Assembly: GCA_046760505.1 (NCBI GenBank)
Contig: JBHIEG010000009.1
Span: 8,021 to 72,020, forward strand
Reading direction: 5' to 3'
Source: Candidatus Hydrothermarchaeota archaeon
GTDB taxonomy: Archaea > CAYFZR01
DNA length: 64,000 nt
Shown here: positions 39,904 through 49,581 of the stretch, piece after piece
How positions within the stretch are numbered: the stretch's first letter is position 1
Layout of the letters: each line of letters begins with the position of its first letter
Program-made: the position numbers and the translations under genes
The notes under the pieces: generated by a model
The model's database searches: none
What the model saw: only the letters and a program-made list of their open reading frames with translations
What the model was told of the DNA's origin: nothing

Positions 39904-40281
39904 ATGGAAGAAAAATCTTGTGGAGAAAATCTCTTTTGTGGTTTGAATAAACCTGCGAATATAAAAAGTATGAGCGATTTGGAGAAAAAACATACTCCAG
40001 TAATCGAGTCACCATCTAGGGTAAAAAAAGAAGAAGTATTCGAGGTTAGCGTAGAGATTGGAAAACTCCTAAAGCATCCAAACGAAATAGGACATTTTAT
40101 CCAGTGGATAGAACTTTACTGTGGAGATACTTTTCTAACGAGAGTTGATTTAACTCCTGAATTTACTGAACCAAAGATTACTGTTCCAGTACGTTTAACT
40201 CATGCTCATCCATTGAGAGCGATAGGAAGATGCAACCTCCACGGTCTTTGGGAGAATACCAAAGAAATTAATGTAGAATAA
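39904..40281 (+). CDS. sor: Superoxide reductase (neelaredoxin type)
   Basis: EKKHTP, HPNEIGHFIQWI, CNLHG. Confidence 0.92.
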   Translation: MEEKSCGENLFCGLNKPANIKSMSDLEKKHTPVIESPSRVKKEEVFEVSVEIGKLLKHPNEIGHFIQWIELYCGDTFLTRVDLTPEFTEPKITVPVRLTHAHPLRAIGRCNLHGLWENTKEINVE

Positions 40282-40307
40282 TCTTGAGGAAATTCTAAGT
40301 GATTAGC

Positions 40308-40730
40308 ATGAAGATAAATAAGGAAAAATTAGTAGAGTTGCTCAACGATGATCTCTCGTGGGAATATACAGCGTTGGTACAGTATGTGCAACACAGTGGA
40401 GTCATGACAGGCGCAGAATATGGGGACATTGTGAAAGAGATTAAAATTCATGCTACCGAGGAACTTCAGCATGCCTTAATATTGGTGGACCAGATCGATT
40501 ATTTGGGGGGTACACCAACCGCCAAAGTATATCTTGCCAAAACATCACGGGATCCGAGGGAGATGTTGCAACAAGATTTAGATGGTGAAGAAGACGCAAT
40601 AAGAAGATATAGAGAAAGAATAGAGCAGGCAGAAGAGCTTAAAGAATTTGCATTGGCCCAAAAACTCCGTGAAATATTGACTATGGAACAGGAACACGCC
40701 ATGGATCTTAAATTTGCTTTGGGGAGGTAG
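40308..40730 (+). CDS. Ferritin-like (bacterioferritin/DPSL-type) protein
   Basis: EYTALVQY, EELQHA, LGGTP, EQEHA ferroxidase ligands. Confidence 0.87.
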   Translation: MKINKEKLVELLNDDLSWEYTALVQYVQHSGVMTGAEYGDIVKEIKIHATEELQHALILVDQIDYLGGTPTAKVYLAKTSRDPREMLQQDLDGEEDAIRRYRERIEQAEELKEFALAQKLREILTMEQEHAMDLKFALGR

Positions 40731-40805
40731 TGTACAACCTCATTTTTTTTCTTACTATTTTCTCTGATATCTAACTTTACGAGACTGCTCAAAATTTAAA
40801 AAAAG

Positions 40806-41630
40806 ATGGTGAAAGAGATTAAAATCCAAGATCCATTTGCTAGGTTAAAGAAGGTAATAACTTCTCCTCCTTTATACCTCAGACCAGAGCCTATAGATGA
40901 GATATCTAGCAAGTGGTCTAGGATAGGCGATTTTGATAAAAATTTGGCGTTGGAGCAATATGAGAACTTTGTTGATACATTGAAATCTGAGGGAGTGAAA
41001 GTTAAAATTTTAGAACCTTCTCCTGTAAAATGGAATCAAACATTTGTCAGAGACGTGGGATTTTCCTTAAAAAATGGAGTAATCATAGGAAGAATGAAAG
41101 AACATGGAAGAATGGGGGAGGAAGATCTTCTGATGAAGTTTTTAAAACTTATAGACATACCTGTAATCCATAGGGTAGAGAGGGGATTTTTGGAAGGCGG
41201 GGACATCCTTTTTATAAACGAGAAAGTATTCATTGGTCATGGGAACAGAACAGATCACGAGGGTATAAGAGAGATTAAAGATTTTTTAGGTGATTTGGAG
41301 ATAGATACCATTCATCTGAAGAAAGAATTTGTTCATTTGGATTTGGCTATGAATGTGGTAGATGATTCAACCATCTTGATGTTTCCAAACGCTTTTCATG
41401 CGGAAATTAAAATTTCTGACTGGAACACCATACTCGCAAGCGAAAAAGAATACCTTACTATTCCAGCAAATGTATTACTTCTTAGAGAAGGGAAGGTAAT
41501 AGCATCAGAGGAGAATCATCTTACAAATAAACTGCTGGAAAAAGAGGGAATAGATGTAGTTAGGGTAGAAATCAACGAAATTCTAAAAGCAGGTGGAGGT
41601 CCAAGGTGTCTAACCTTTCCAATATATTGA
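40806..41630 (+). CDS. Amidinotransferase / DDAH / arginine deiminase family protein
   Basis: FVRD, LEGGD, HLD, GGGPRCLT. Confidence 0.88.
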   Translation: MVKEIKIQDPFARLKKVITSPPLYLRPEPIDEISSKWSRIGDFDKNLALEQYENFVDTLKSEGVKVKILEPSPVKWNQTFVRDVGFSLKNGVIIGRMKEHGRMGEEDLLMKFLKLIDIPVIHRVERGFLEGGDILFINEKVFIGHGNRTDHEGIREIKDFLGDLEIDTIHLKKEFVHLDLAMNVVDDSTILMFPNAFHAEIKISDWNTILASEKEYLTIPANVLLLREGKVIASEENHLTNKLLEKEGIDVVRVEINEILKAGGGPRCLTFPIY

Positions 41631-41736
41631 GGATAATCAGCTCAAGTTTTAACTTCATTCATTTTATTTCTCCATTGCCGCAAAATAGAGAGGATCTCGC
41701 TTCGAAGTGTTAAAGCGATGTACTATCTATAAGGAG

Positions 41737-42150
41737 TTATATGAAGAGATTAATCTCTGAGTCTTTGGCGGTATTGATGTAGGTTCCGATACCTGCTACT
41801 TCTACATCATCGACGAAATCTTCTTTTTTAATACCCATTATCTCCATGGACATATCGCAAGCAATCATCTTTACACCAAGCTCTCTAAGATCATCAAACT
41901 GCTCTTGTAAGAGTGGAACATTTTTTTCTTTCATTTTCTTTTTCATAAATCTACTTCCAATGCCGAGATAATCTTTTTTTGAAAGAGTTATGTTTTTGAG
42001 TCCATCTTTCTTAATCGCTTCTAATCCCCAAAATGTAAAGAATATTGTTACGTCCATTCCGAATGAAGCCGCGCCATTTGCTATATTGAATGCGGCATAC
42101 ACTCTCTCAAAATCATTACTAGAACATATAATTGTAAGTTTTTTCGCCAT
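41737..42150 (-). CDS. DsrE2/DsrE-like protein
   Basis: FFTFWGL, IACDMSMEIMG. Confidence 0.88.
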   Translation of the reverse strand: MAKKLTIICSSNDFERVYAAFNIANGAASFGMDVTIFFTFWGLEAIKKDGLKNITLSKKDYLGIGSRFMKKKMKEKNVPLLQEQFDDLRELGVKMIACDMSMEIMGIKKEDFVDDVEVAGIGTYINTAKDSEINLFI

Positions 42151-42387
42151 TTACTCACCTGTTTTTTTAATTATGATCTTCCAACCACCTTCGGGAAGAT
42201 CTAATATTTCTAAGACGGTATTCCCGGATTCTTTCATTGCAAGGGGCAATTCTTTCCTAGAGATATCGTGATCTATTAGTATTTCAAGAATGTCGCCATG
42301 ATTCATCTTAATCAACTTCTTTCTTGCTTCTACAAGTGGTTTTGGGCACAAGAGTCCTTTTGCATCCACGAAAAATGTGTTGGGCAT
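42151..42387 (-). CDS. TusA-family sulfur carrier
   Basis: DAKGLLCPKP. Confidence 0.9.
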   Translation of the reverse strand: MPNTFFVDAKGLLCPKPLVEARKKLIKMNHGDILEILIDHDISRKELPLAMKESGNTVLEILDLPEGGWKIIIKKTGE

Positions 42388-42396
42388 GGAACCACA

Positions 42397-42834
42397 TTAA
42401 AACGTCAATATCAGATTGTGATTCTCTATTTCCTTTACGAGTTCTCTATTTTCTATGAGTTTTACTCCATCTATCAAATCTTCGATGGATAACCCCCTTT
42501 TCTCAAGGGAGGATTTCAATGCATACAGAGTTCCTTGCAATTCGAGGAAATCTGATATGATTTCTAGGTTATTTGGTAAATGTATATCCTCTGGATTTTG
42601 ATGTTTTACTGCGCAATATACTCCGTCGCCCATTAAGATTATGGTAGCTTTCTGTTGTTTTGCGATAGCGGCATTTCCCACGTATATGGAGCCAAGAACA
42701 TCATCGATGTATCCATATGTTCCATGCGTGATAAGTATAAGCAAAGAAGGTACATCTCTCGTGGGTGGCGCTATTTTATCCAAATCTATAGTGCTCAAAT
42801 CTGGCTCGCATTCATCACAATATTCTTCCTCCAT
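42397..42834 (-). CDS. DsrF/TusC-like protein
   Basis: HGTYG, MGDGVY, SLEKRGL without an active-site Cys. Confidence 0.78.
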   Translation of the reverse strand: MEEEYCDECEPDLSTIDLDKIAPPTRDVPSLLILITHGTYGYIDDVLGSIYVGNAAIAKQQKATIILMGDGVYCAVKHQNPEDIHLPNNLEIISDFLELQGTLYALKSSLEKRGLSIEDLIDGVKLIENRELVKEIENHNLILTF

Positions 42835-42838
42835 ACTC

Positions 42839-43435
42839 TCACCCCGGAAAACTAATGGATTGATGAGACTCTTTTAGCCAATATATGAGATCGTAAAGTC
42901 CTACAAGGGGCAAATCCCCAACGATCACATCTTGTGTGAGTCCTCTAGCCTCTGCACATCTGGCGCATACTTTAATGTTGACTCCTTTTTCTATCATCTT
43001 CTTGAAGTGTTCTTCGATGTTTGGAAAATTCTTTGGGTTTTGTTTTTTGTGGGGAGCCCATACACCATCTATGTAAAGATAGAGATTTACATTGTACCCT
43101 TTCTCCCTGGCTTTTAGGGCGAGATTTAGAGCCACATCTGTATATTCAGATATGTAAGGACCTCTATTTAGCACTACTGTTAAAGTTTTCGCTTTTTTCT
43201 TTAAATAGATCTTTATCGCTTCTTCCGATTTTTCAATTCCTAAAACTTCATGTTTTTGATCTTTCGCCCATTCAGATATGTTATCAGGTGCATCTGGGTC
43301 TGTAGTGATTATTTCTAAAATATCTCCATGATTTAGTTTTTCTATCTCGGTTTTTGTAATAACTAGAGGATAGGGACACTTCTTTCCTCTAACGTCTATC
43401 GAACGAGTAGGTTTTATTTCATCCATATTCTTCAC
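42839..43435 (-). CDS. TusA-DsrE(TusD) fusion
   Basis: DVRGKKCPYP then RGPY..YIDGV..VCARCAEARGL. Confidence 0.85.
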   Translation of the reverse strand: MKNMDEIKPTRSIDVRGKKCPYPLVITKTEIEKLNHGDILEIITTDPDAPDNISEWAKDQKHEVLGIEKSEEAIKIYLKKKAKTLTVVLNRGPYISEYTDVALNLALKAREKGYNVNLYLYIDGVWAPHKKQNPKNFPNIEEHFKKMIEKGVNIKVCARCAEARGLTQDVIVGDLPLVGLYDLIYWLKESHQSISFPG

Positions 43436-44308
43436 CTAAAAGAGCAAAACCCTATCCCATTGCTCCATAATCAAATCAACTAGATCATCGTAGGGTCTTT
43501 CCGTAATTTTTATGTTCTCCATTAGCATTTCTTTAATTAAACCATTGGCTTTGAGATGTGGATCACTTGCTGTGATCTCTCCTCCTTTTTCCAGAAAGGT
43601 TTTAAGCAGAGGCTCAATCTGTGATCCCTTCTTTGCAGTCCAGACGCCATCACTTAGAAGAAAAATTTCTGCTCCATTTTCCTCTTTGAGTAAGTCAACC
43701 GCTAACATCAAAGCATTTTCTATATTCTCGTTATTAAAAGGAGGTTTTGTAATTATTATCCCAATTTTGTTCTTCTTCTTACCCAAAATCTCATCTATAA
43801 TCTCTATAACTTCCTCCGGAGATAAAACTCCTTCTATTGCTTTTCCATTGAAAATGGAAGTGGGTGCTTTGATTATTCCTCTCTTCTCAGCCTCAGGAGA
43901 TGGAAAAGAGAGTAACTTTACCGTGATGTTTTCTTTTTTATCGTAAATAGCCTCAAAAATGTTCTTAGTTAGTGTTTGGCATCTCTTTCCTGGAGGTACA
44001 TTTCTAAAGATCTCTATCAATATTCCTTTTTCTTCCAAGGCTTTTCTAACTTCCATTGCATGTTTTATTTTTTCTATGAGTTCTTCCTCGCTCGGTACGC
44101 CAACTATAACCAGTTTATTATCTATTGCTATGGATGGAGTTCGAGTGACACCATATCTTGCTGCTTTTATTTTTCCTTCTTCTTCGTCGGTGCTTATTTC
44201 CACGTATTCTACCTCTGGCATCTCACCTACTACTTTTTCTATGATTTCTTTTGCGTATGGACAATCGCGACATTTTGAGGCTGTGAACAACTCTAATAGA
44301 ACTTTCAT
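43436..44308 (-). CDS. Tandem thioredoxin-fold domains fused to a DsrH/DsrE-like domain
   Basis: CRDC...RTPSIAID; second Trx-like unit GKRC...KAPT; FLLSDGV...YDDLVDLIM. Confidence 0.72.
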   Translation of the reverse strand: MKVLLELFTASKCRDCPYAKEIIEKVVGEMPEVEYVEISTDEEEGKIKAARYGVTRTPSIAIDNKLVIVGVPSEEELIEKIKHAMEVRKALEEKGILIEIFRNVPPGKRCQTLTKNIFEAIYDKKENITVKLLSFPSPEAEKRGIIKAPTSIFNGKAIEGVLSPEEVIEIIDEILGKKKNKIGIIITKPPFNNENIENALMLAVDLLKEENGAEIFLLSDGVWTAKKGSQIEPLLKTFLEKGGEITASDPHLKANGLIKEMLMENIKITERPYDDLVDLIMEQWDRVLLF

Positions 44309-44371
44309 TTGTATCTCCATGGAAGCTGCTATTTTTCTATAATTTTACCTTATGAATCATATGCAAGCAAC

Positions 44372-44492
44372 TATAAATATTTTACCACCAATAAGTGGTG
44401 TTACTTTGAAATAAATAAATCCTAGAGATAGAGTGTAATAAGTCCAATAAATCTAAAATTTAACACCACTTTCCAGTGGTAAAATATTTATA
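44372..44492. promoter_or_regulatory. Two inverted 32-bp operator+TATA modules of divergent promoters
   Basis: 44461-44492 TAACACCACTTTCCAGTGGTAAAATATTTATA vs reverse complement of 44372-44403 TAACACCACTTATTGGTGGTAAAATATTTATA (28/32 identical). Confidence 0.8.
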
Positions 44493-44550
44493 TAATTAGT
44501 AGGAGAATAGTACAAGCCTAGAGAAAGGTTAACAATCAACCGGTGGGAAA

Positions 44551-45294
44551 ATGGATATTGAAGAATCGTTAGTCCAGTTAGGTCTAAACAGATATGAGGT
44601 CAAGACCTATCTTGCAATACTAAAAAGTTCGGAGATATCTGCACCTTCAATAAGCAATATTTCTGGAGTTCCGTTTTCAAGGATATATGATACTCTTTCG
44701 AGTTTAGAAAGAATAGGTCTGGTAGAATGTAAGTTGCAAAGACCTAAACTCTATCGCGCAAGCGATCCAAGCATTGCCATTGAAAATTTACTCAAAAATT
44801 TGGAGAAGAAGCAGAAAAAAGAATTGGAATATAAGAGCCGAATTGCAAAGAAGATTCTTCCATCTTTGGTAGAAATTTACAACGAAAAATCTGAGGCGGA
44901 TGAAACAATATGGACGATTCGAGGAAATGAAAATGTTATGAAAAAGATTGATGAGATAGTTCCAAAGACAAGAGAAATTCTTAGAATTGCAGGAAAAAAA
45001 CCATTTTTCATGTTAGAATGTGGTGAGGTGGTTGAAAAGGCGGCTCTTAAGGGAGTCAAGATTAAGGCCATTGGAGAGTTCAATCCTGAGTGCATCGAAC
45101 TCCTTAATCGCATTCATGCTAAATACAAAGAGTTTCAATTCATGTATCAGTATCTCTTAATAGGAGATGAGAAGTTTGTACTTATCGTTGTCCACGATCA
45201 AAGTGGAATTCCTCTTGGAATATATAGTGAAAACGCTGATTTTGTCAAAGCAAATTTAGAACTGTTTGAGCGCATGTGGAAGGAGATAGAATAA
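44551..45294 (+). CDS. TrmB-family regulator
   Basis: LGLNRYEVKTYL, VPFSRIYDTL, RPKLY. Confidence 0.9.
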   Translation: MDIEESLVQLGLNRYEVKTYLAILKSSEISAPSISNISGVPFSRIYDTLSSLERIGLVECKLQRPKLYRASDPSIAIENLLKNLEKKQKKELEYKSRIAKKILPSLVEIYNEKSEADETIWTIRGNENVMKKIDEIVPKTREILRIAGKKPFFMLECGEVVEKAALKGVKIKAIGEFNPECIELLNRIHAKYKEFQFMYQYLLIGDEKFVLIVVHDQSGIPLGIYSENADFVKANLELFERMWKEIE

Positions 45295-45461
45295 CATTGG
45301 CACACCTTTTTTAGGCTAAATCATACGAAAGTGATGGAAAGAAAAACTTTTTTCGTTATTTAACAAAATAATAGATGATTAGATATGATTGGAGAAGAAG
45401 TTGAAAAAACTGTTAGGGTTAGACTAAGGACTGTCGCCAATATCGATAAGGGGAATTTTCT

Positions 45462-47306
45462 ATGAATGTTAAGGTCTATAGTTTATCCACTTGTCCTTAT
45501 TGTAGATTAGTAGAGAGTTTTTTGAACACTCATGGAGTAAAATATGAGAGAATAATGATAGACGAACTCAAGGGAGAGGAACAGAAAAAGGCAATCGCAG
45601 AGGCCTATCGTTTAAGCGGTCAGAGAAGCTTTCCTGTTACTCGTATAAACGAGAAAACAATTATCGGCTTCGACGAGTCAATGTTAACGAAGGCTTTAGG
45701 CCTTAAGGAAAAGGAAGTTGACCTATCAACACGAATAGATGAGGAAAAAAAGACAGATATCCAGCAATACTATGATCTCATAAGAAAAGATGCTGAGAAA
45801 ACCGGATACATCTTAAATCCAAATAGAGAATTTGTAGACATGATATTGTTGGGCCTTCTAGAAAATAGAGAACGCTATGGCTATGCCACCTGCCCCTGTA
45901 GATTGGCTAGCGGAAAAATAGAAGAGGACAATGAGATAATCTGTCCATGCACAAACAGAGATCTTTATCTCCAAAGATATGATCGTTGTCTCTGCGGACT
46001 TTATGTCACCGAGAATTACAACCCGTATGATCCCACGAGCCCTTTTTGCCTCGCAGAGTATCATGAAGAAATGCTAGAACACGATGTTTCTACTCCAACT
46101 TACGTTAAGGTATTTGGTTACTCTATGATGGGCGTTAACGAAGAAAGCATCAAAAATAACTTCAAACAGGTGGTAAGTTCATGTGAATTAAACCCGGAAT
46201 ATATAAGATGGAGAGAGAAGGATGCTTTAATTTCTAAAATCTTTGAAGATAGATACCGAGTAACTTTAAAAATGAATATCTCCAGAGATTTTTATACCTA
46301 TCAGGTGTGGGCAATCTCAGTGAAAGAATCGCCATCTGAAATATTCAATTTAATAGATCTCTTTGCCTCACTGGATTTCTCTTGGAATCACAATCAATTA
46401 TTTGCTTTAGATATCCTTTTGAATGAGAAGGATTTTTTCGATGAAAACCTAGATGATCTCCTACCAAAATCAGATAGGGTTGGAAGCAAACTCCGTGACG
46501 GTATTTGGATAATGACCAGCGACCAAGAAAAGAGGATAGGAAGGGAAAGATATATCGTCACTCCCATTCGAGGAGATATCGTTGAGGATATAATAACCAT
46601 AGAATCCAGTTATCACCTCTTAAATCTAGAGAAGCAAAAATATACTCTGATATCCGATCGTTTGAGTCGAATCGAGGATGAAACAGTATCTAAATTGGGA
46701 TCTATAAGCATAAGCCTACCCAAAGCAAGCCACGAACTCCTAAAGGACTGGATGCATGAAATTAGCAACAGTTTCTCTGAGATAGCAGGCATTACTGAGG
46801 AGGTGAACCACCACTATCTCGATGCAACATCACATAGAGATAGCTTAAAATCGATATTCGAAGAGTGGAATGAAAGTACCATAGACAATCTTCCATTGAT
46901 CTCATCTTCCATTCTAAGCAAGGTTAGGGATATCGAGAGAGATTACGAAAGACTGTACAATAGAATAGATGGCATACGCAAGGAAATGGAAGACACTATC
47001 AATATTTTAAGAACAAAAATAGATTTGATTCAACAGAAACAGAGTTTTGACCTCCAGAAAAGTATGCATGTTACTACACAGACACAACTGGATCTACAGA
47101 AAGCGGTCAAAGGAGTGTATGTATTTTTAGTGGCATTTTATTTCACTGAACTTGCAAGAATAGTTTTCGAGGCAATGGAAGCGAGAGGAATAATTCATAT
47201 TGCACCCTCCATACCAACTGCCTTGTTCATTCCGGTGGCGCTTTTTTTGGGATGGTTACTATCGATGAAGACAGAAAAATTGATCAGAAGGAAAAGGGAG
47301 CATTGA
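45462..47306 (+). CDS. Glutaredoxin + ferredoxin:thioredoxin reductase catalytic domain + DUF3422/CorA-like membrane domain fusion
   Basis: TCPYC..SFPV; YGYATCPCR, ICPC, RCLCGLY; coiled coil and two C-terminal TMs. Confidence 0.75.
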   Translation: MNVKVYSLSTCPYCRLVESFLNTHGVKYERIMIDELKGEEQKKAIAEAYRLSGQRSFPVTRINEKTIIGFDESMLTKALGLKEKEVDLSTRIDEEKKTDIQQYYDLIRKDAEKTGYILNPNREFVDMILLGLLENRERYGYATCPCRLASGKIEEDNEIICPCTNRDLYLQRYDRCLCGLYVTENYNPYDPTSPFCLAEYHEEMLEHDVSTPTYVKVFGYSMMGVNEESIKNNFKQVVSSCELNPEYIRWREKDALISKIFEDRYRVTLKMNISRDFYTYQVWAISVKESPSEIFNLIDLFASLDFSWNHNQLFALDILLNEKDFFDENLDDLLPKSDRVGSKLRDGIWIMTSDQEKRIGRERYIVTPIRGDIVEDIITIESSYHLLNLEKQKYTLISDRLSRIEDETVSKLGSISISLPKASHELLKDWMHEISNSFSEIAGITEEVNHHYLDATSHRDSLKSIFEEWNESTIDNLPLISSSILSKVRDIERDYERLYNRIDGIRKEMEDTINILRTKIDLIQQKQSFDLQKSMHVTTQTQLDLQKAVKGVYVFLVAFYFTELARIVFEAMEARGIIHIAPSIPTALFIPVALFLGWLLSMKTEKLIRRKREH

Positions 47307-47377
47307 AAATGTTAGGCGCCATCTTTATATAGGTGTAAAAATTCTCCCCAATTATACAAAAAATTCGAGGTGATTGC

Positions 47378-47557
47378 ATGCCTCCAGTTGTAGATCATGA
47401 AAAATGCGATGGCGATGGAATTTGCGTGGATGTATGTCCAACTGAAGTATTTGAACTTGAAGAAGGAAAATCCATTGTTGCACGTCCAGAAGAATGTATA
47501 GAATGCGAAGTGTGCGTTGATGAATGCCCTCAAGGAGCGATAACCTTAGAAGAATGA
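47378..47557 (+). CDS. Dicluster ferredoxin (59 aa, absent from ORF track)
   Basis: MPPVVDHEKCDGDGICVDVCP...ECIECEVCVDECPQGAITLEE; SD GAGGTGA. Confidence 0.93.
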   Translation: MPPVVDHEKCDGDGICVDVCPTEVFELEEGKSIVARPEECIECEVCVDECPQGAITLEE

Positions 47558-47766
47558 AATTTGAAGGGATAATAAGCACAATAACCTGTTCGATGGACAG
47601 TTTTTAATTACTACTCATCCTTCCTTTCCTTAATGGATTCAGAAAATTACCTTTTTCACAAAAACCTAACATATCAGTTAGTGCTAGTGTTACGTAAGGT
47701 TAAGACAAAAAACTTTTAAAACATCTACGCAAACTATTTTCGAACAAATTTCCGAGAGAAAAGATA

Positions 47767-48009
47767 ATGAAAAGAAATTTAAAGCCAGATAGATCAATAG
47801 ATCTAATTGGATTATACTGTCCAGTTCCAATTCTTAAGACAAGGGAAGCATTAGATGAGATGAAGGTAGGGGAAATCCTAGAGGTTCTCGCCGATGACCC
47901 GGCTGCAGAAGAGGACTTAATTCGTTTCGCAAAAAGAACAGGACAAGAACTTCTTGAAATAAAAAAGGAAGATGAGATCATTCGTTTCCTCTTCAAGAAA
48001 GCAAAATAG
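47767..48009 (+). CDS. TusA-family sulfur carrier
   Basis: DLIGLYCPVP, LADDPAA. Confidence 0.92.
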   Translation: MKRNLKPDRSIDLIGLYCPVPILKTREALDEMKVGEILEVLADDPAAEEDLIRFAKRTGQELLEIKKEDEIIRFLFKKAK

Positions 48010-48030
48010 AATAAAAAGGAGTTGTTATTC

Positions 48031-48402
48031 ATGCCTGAACATAGAAAGAAAATAATGTATGTACAAACAAGTGGAGTAAATACTCCAGAAAGACTATATT
48101 CTCCATTTATACTGGCACAAACAGCCAAAACAATGGATATCGATGCCATTATTTATTTCCTAGGTATGGGAGTTACCGTTCTTAAGAAAGGAGAGGCTGA
48201 AAAAATAAAACTTGGCAGTTTTCCCAGTCTTAAAGAGGTGATAGACCAAACCATCAAAATGGGTATTGAGTTCTATGTATGTGAACAGAGTACTCAGCTT
48301 TTGAACATGGAGAGAGGAGATTTTATAGAGGGGACTAAGATAGTCGGAGCAGCCACCTTGAATGATCTTGTGTTGGAAGTAGATGGAGTAATGTGGTTTT
48401 AG
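48031..48402 (+). CDS. DsrE-family protein
   Basis: SPFILA, YVCEQS, VGAAT. Confidence 0.85.
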   Translation: MPEHRKKIMYVQTSGVNTPERLYSPFILAQTAKTMDIDAIIYFLGMGVTVLKKGEAEKIKLGSFPSLKEVIDQTIKMGIEFYVCEQSTQLLNMERGDFIEGTKIVGAATLNDLVLEVDGVMWF

Positions 48403-48416
48403 AGGGAAATGGAAAA

Positions 48417-49577
48417 ATGAAAAAAGTATACATGGACTATGCTGCATCTTCTCCAACGGATCCGCGTGTTATTGAAGCAATGATTCCGTACTACATCGAG
48501 AAGTATGGAAATCCATCATCAATATACTCATTTGCCCATGAAGACAAATTAGCGGTAGAAGAATCTAGAAAAAAGGTGGCAGAACTCATTGGAGCTAGAG
48601 ACGATGAGATTATCTTTACTTCAGGCGCAACTGAGAGTATTAACTTGGCTTTAAAGGGAGTAGCCTACAGAAATAAAGAGAAAGGAAACCATATCATTAC
48701 CTCAAAAATAGAGCATATTTCAGTTCTGAACACATGCAAGTATTTGCAGAGAGAAGGCTTCAAGGTCTCGTATATCCCGGTAGACGAATATGGAACGGTT
48801 GATGTGGAGAAGTTAAAGGAGGAGATATCAGATAAAACCATACTCATTTCTATCATGTATGCTAACAACGAGATAGGGACAATACAACCAATTAGGGAGA
48901 TAGGAGAGATAGCCAGTGACAAGGGAATTTATTTCCATGTTGACTCGGTTTCTTCCTTGGGGAAGGTACCAATAGATGTTGTAAGAGAGAATATAGATTT
49001 GTTATCGATGTCATCGAACGATATCTACGGTCCTAAAGGTAAAGGAGCCTTGTATATTAAAAAAGGAACTAAAATAGTTCCCATTTTACATGGGGGTGGA
49101 CAGGAACACGGTTTGAGATCCGGTACCGAAGACGTTCCAGGCATTGTTGGTATGGGTAAGGCTGCTGAAATTATGAAAGAAGAGATGGAAGAGGAGAGTA
49201 AAAGGCTGAAAAAATTGAGAGATATGATAATTAAAGGCGCCACTGAGAGCATAGACCATTGCTATCTAAATGGTCATCCAACAAATAGACTTCCAAACAA
49301 TGTAAATCTTAGGTTTAACTACATAGAAGGAGAGTCTTTAATTCTGAGCCTCGATATGTATGGAATTTATGCTTCTACAGGCTCTGCATGTACTTCGAAG
49401 ACTTTAGAGCCTTCTCACGTTCTTATTGGAATAGGATTGTCACATGAACTGGCACATGGATCGCTACAACTCACGCTTGGAAAATCGAATGATGAAGGGG
49501 ATGTCAAATATTTTTTAGAAGTTCTGCCAGAAGTAGTGAGCAAGTTAAGAGAACTGTCTCCATTAACACCGAGGTGA
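48417..49577 (+). CDS. iscS: Cysteine desulfurase IscS/NifS-like (SSND at the usual PLP-lysine motif)
   Basis: YMDYAAS, FTSGATES, RSGTE, STGSACTS; upstream of iscU. Confidence 0.9.
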   Translation: MKKVYMDYAASSPTDPRVIEAMIPYYIEKYGNPSSIYSFAHEDKLAVEESRKKVAELIGARDDEIIFTSGATESINLALKGVAYRNKEKGNHIITSKIEHISVLNTCKYLQREGFKVSYIPVDEYGTVDVEKLKEEISDKTILISIMYANNEIGTIQPIREIGEIASDKGIYFHVDSVSSLGKVPIDVVRENIDLLSMSSNDIYGPKGKGALYIKKGTKIVPILHGGGQEHGLRSGTEDVPGIVGMGKAAEIMKEEMEEESKRLKKLRDMIIKGATESIDHCYLNGHPTNRLPNNVNLRFNYIEGESLILSLDMYGIYASTGSACTSKTLEPSHVLIGIGLSHELAHGSLQLTLGKSNDEGDVKYFLEVLPEVVSKLRELSPLTPR

Positions 49578-49581
49578 TTTA

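Noticed and set aside
44471-44482. ORB-like TTCCAGTGG as a second origin
   Set aside because: Single partial match without AAAC/G-string; it is the spacer of the operator palindrome
45385-45465. 26-aa ORF overlapping the Grx-FTR start (ATGA)
   Set aside because: No motif or clear SD; could be chance
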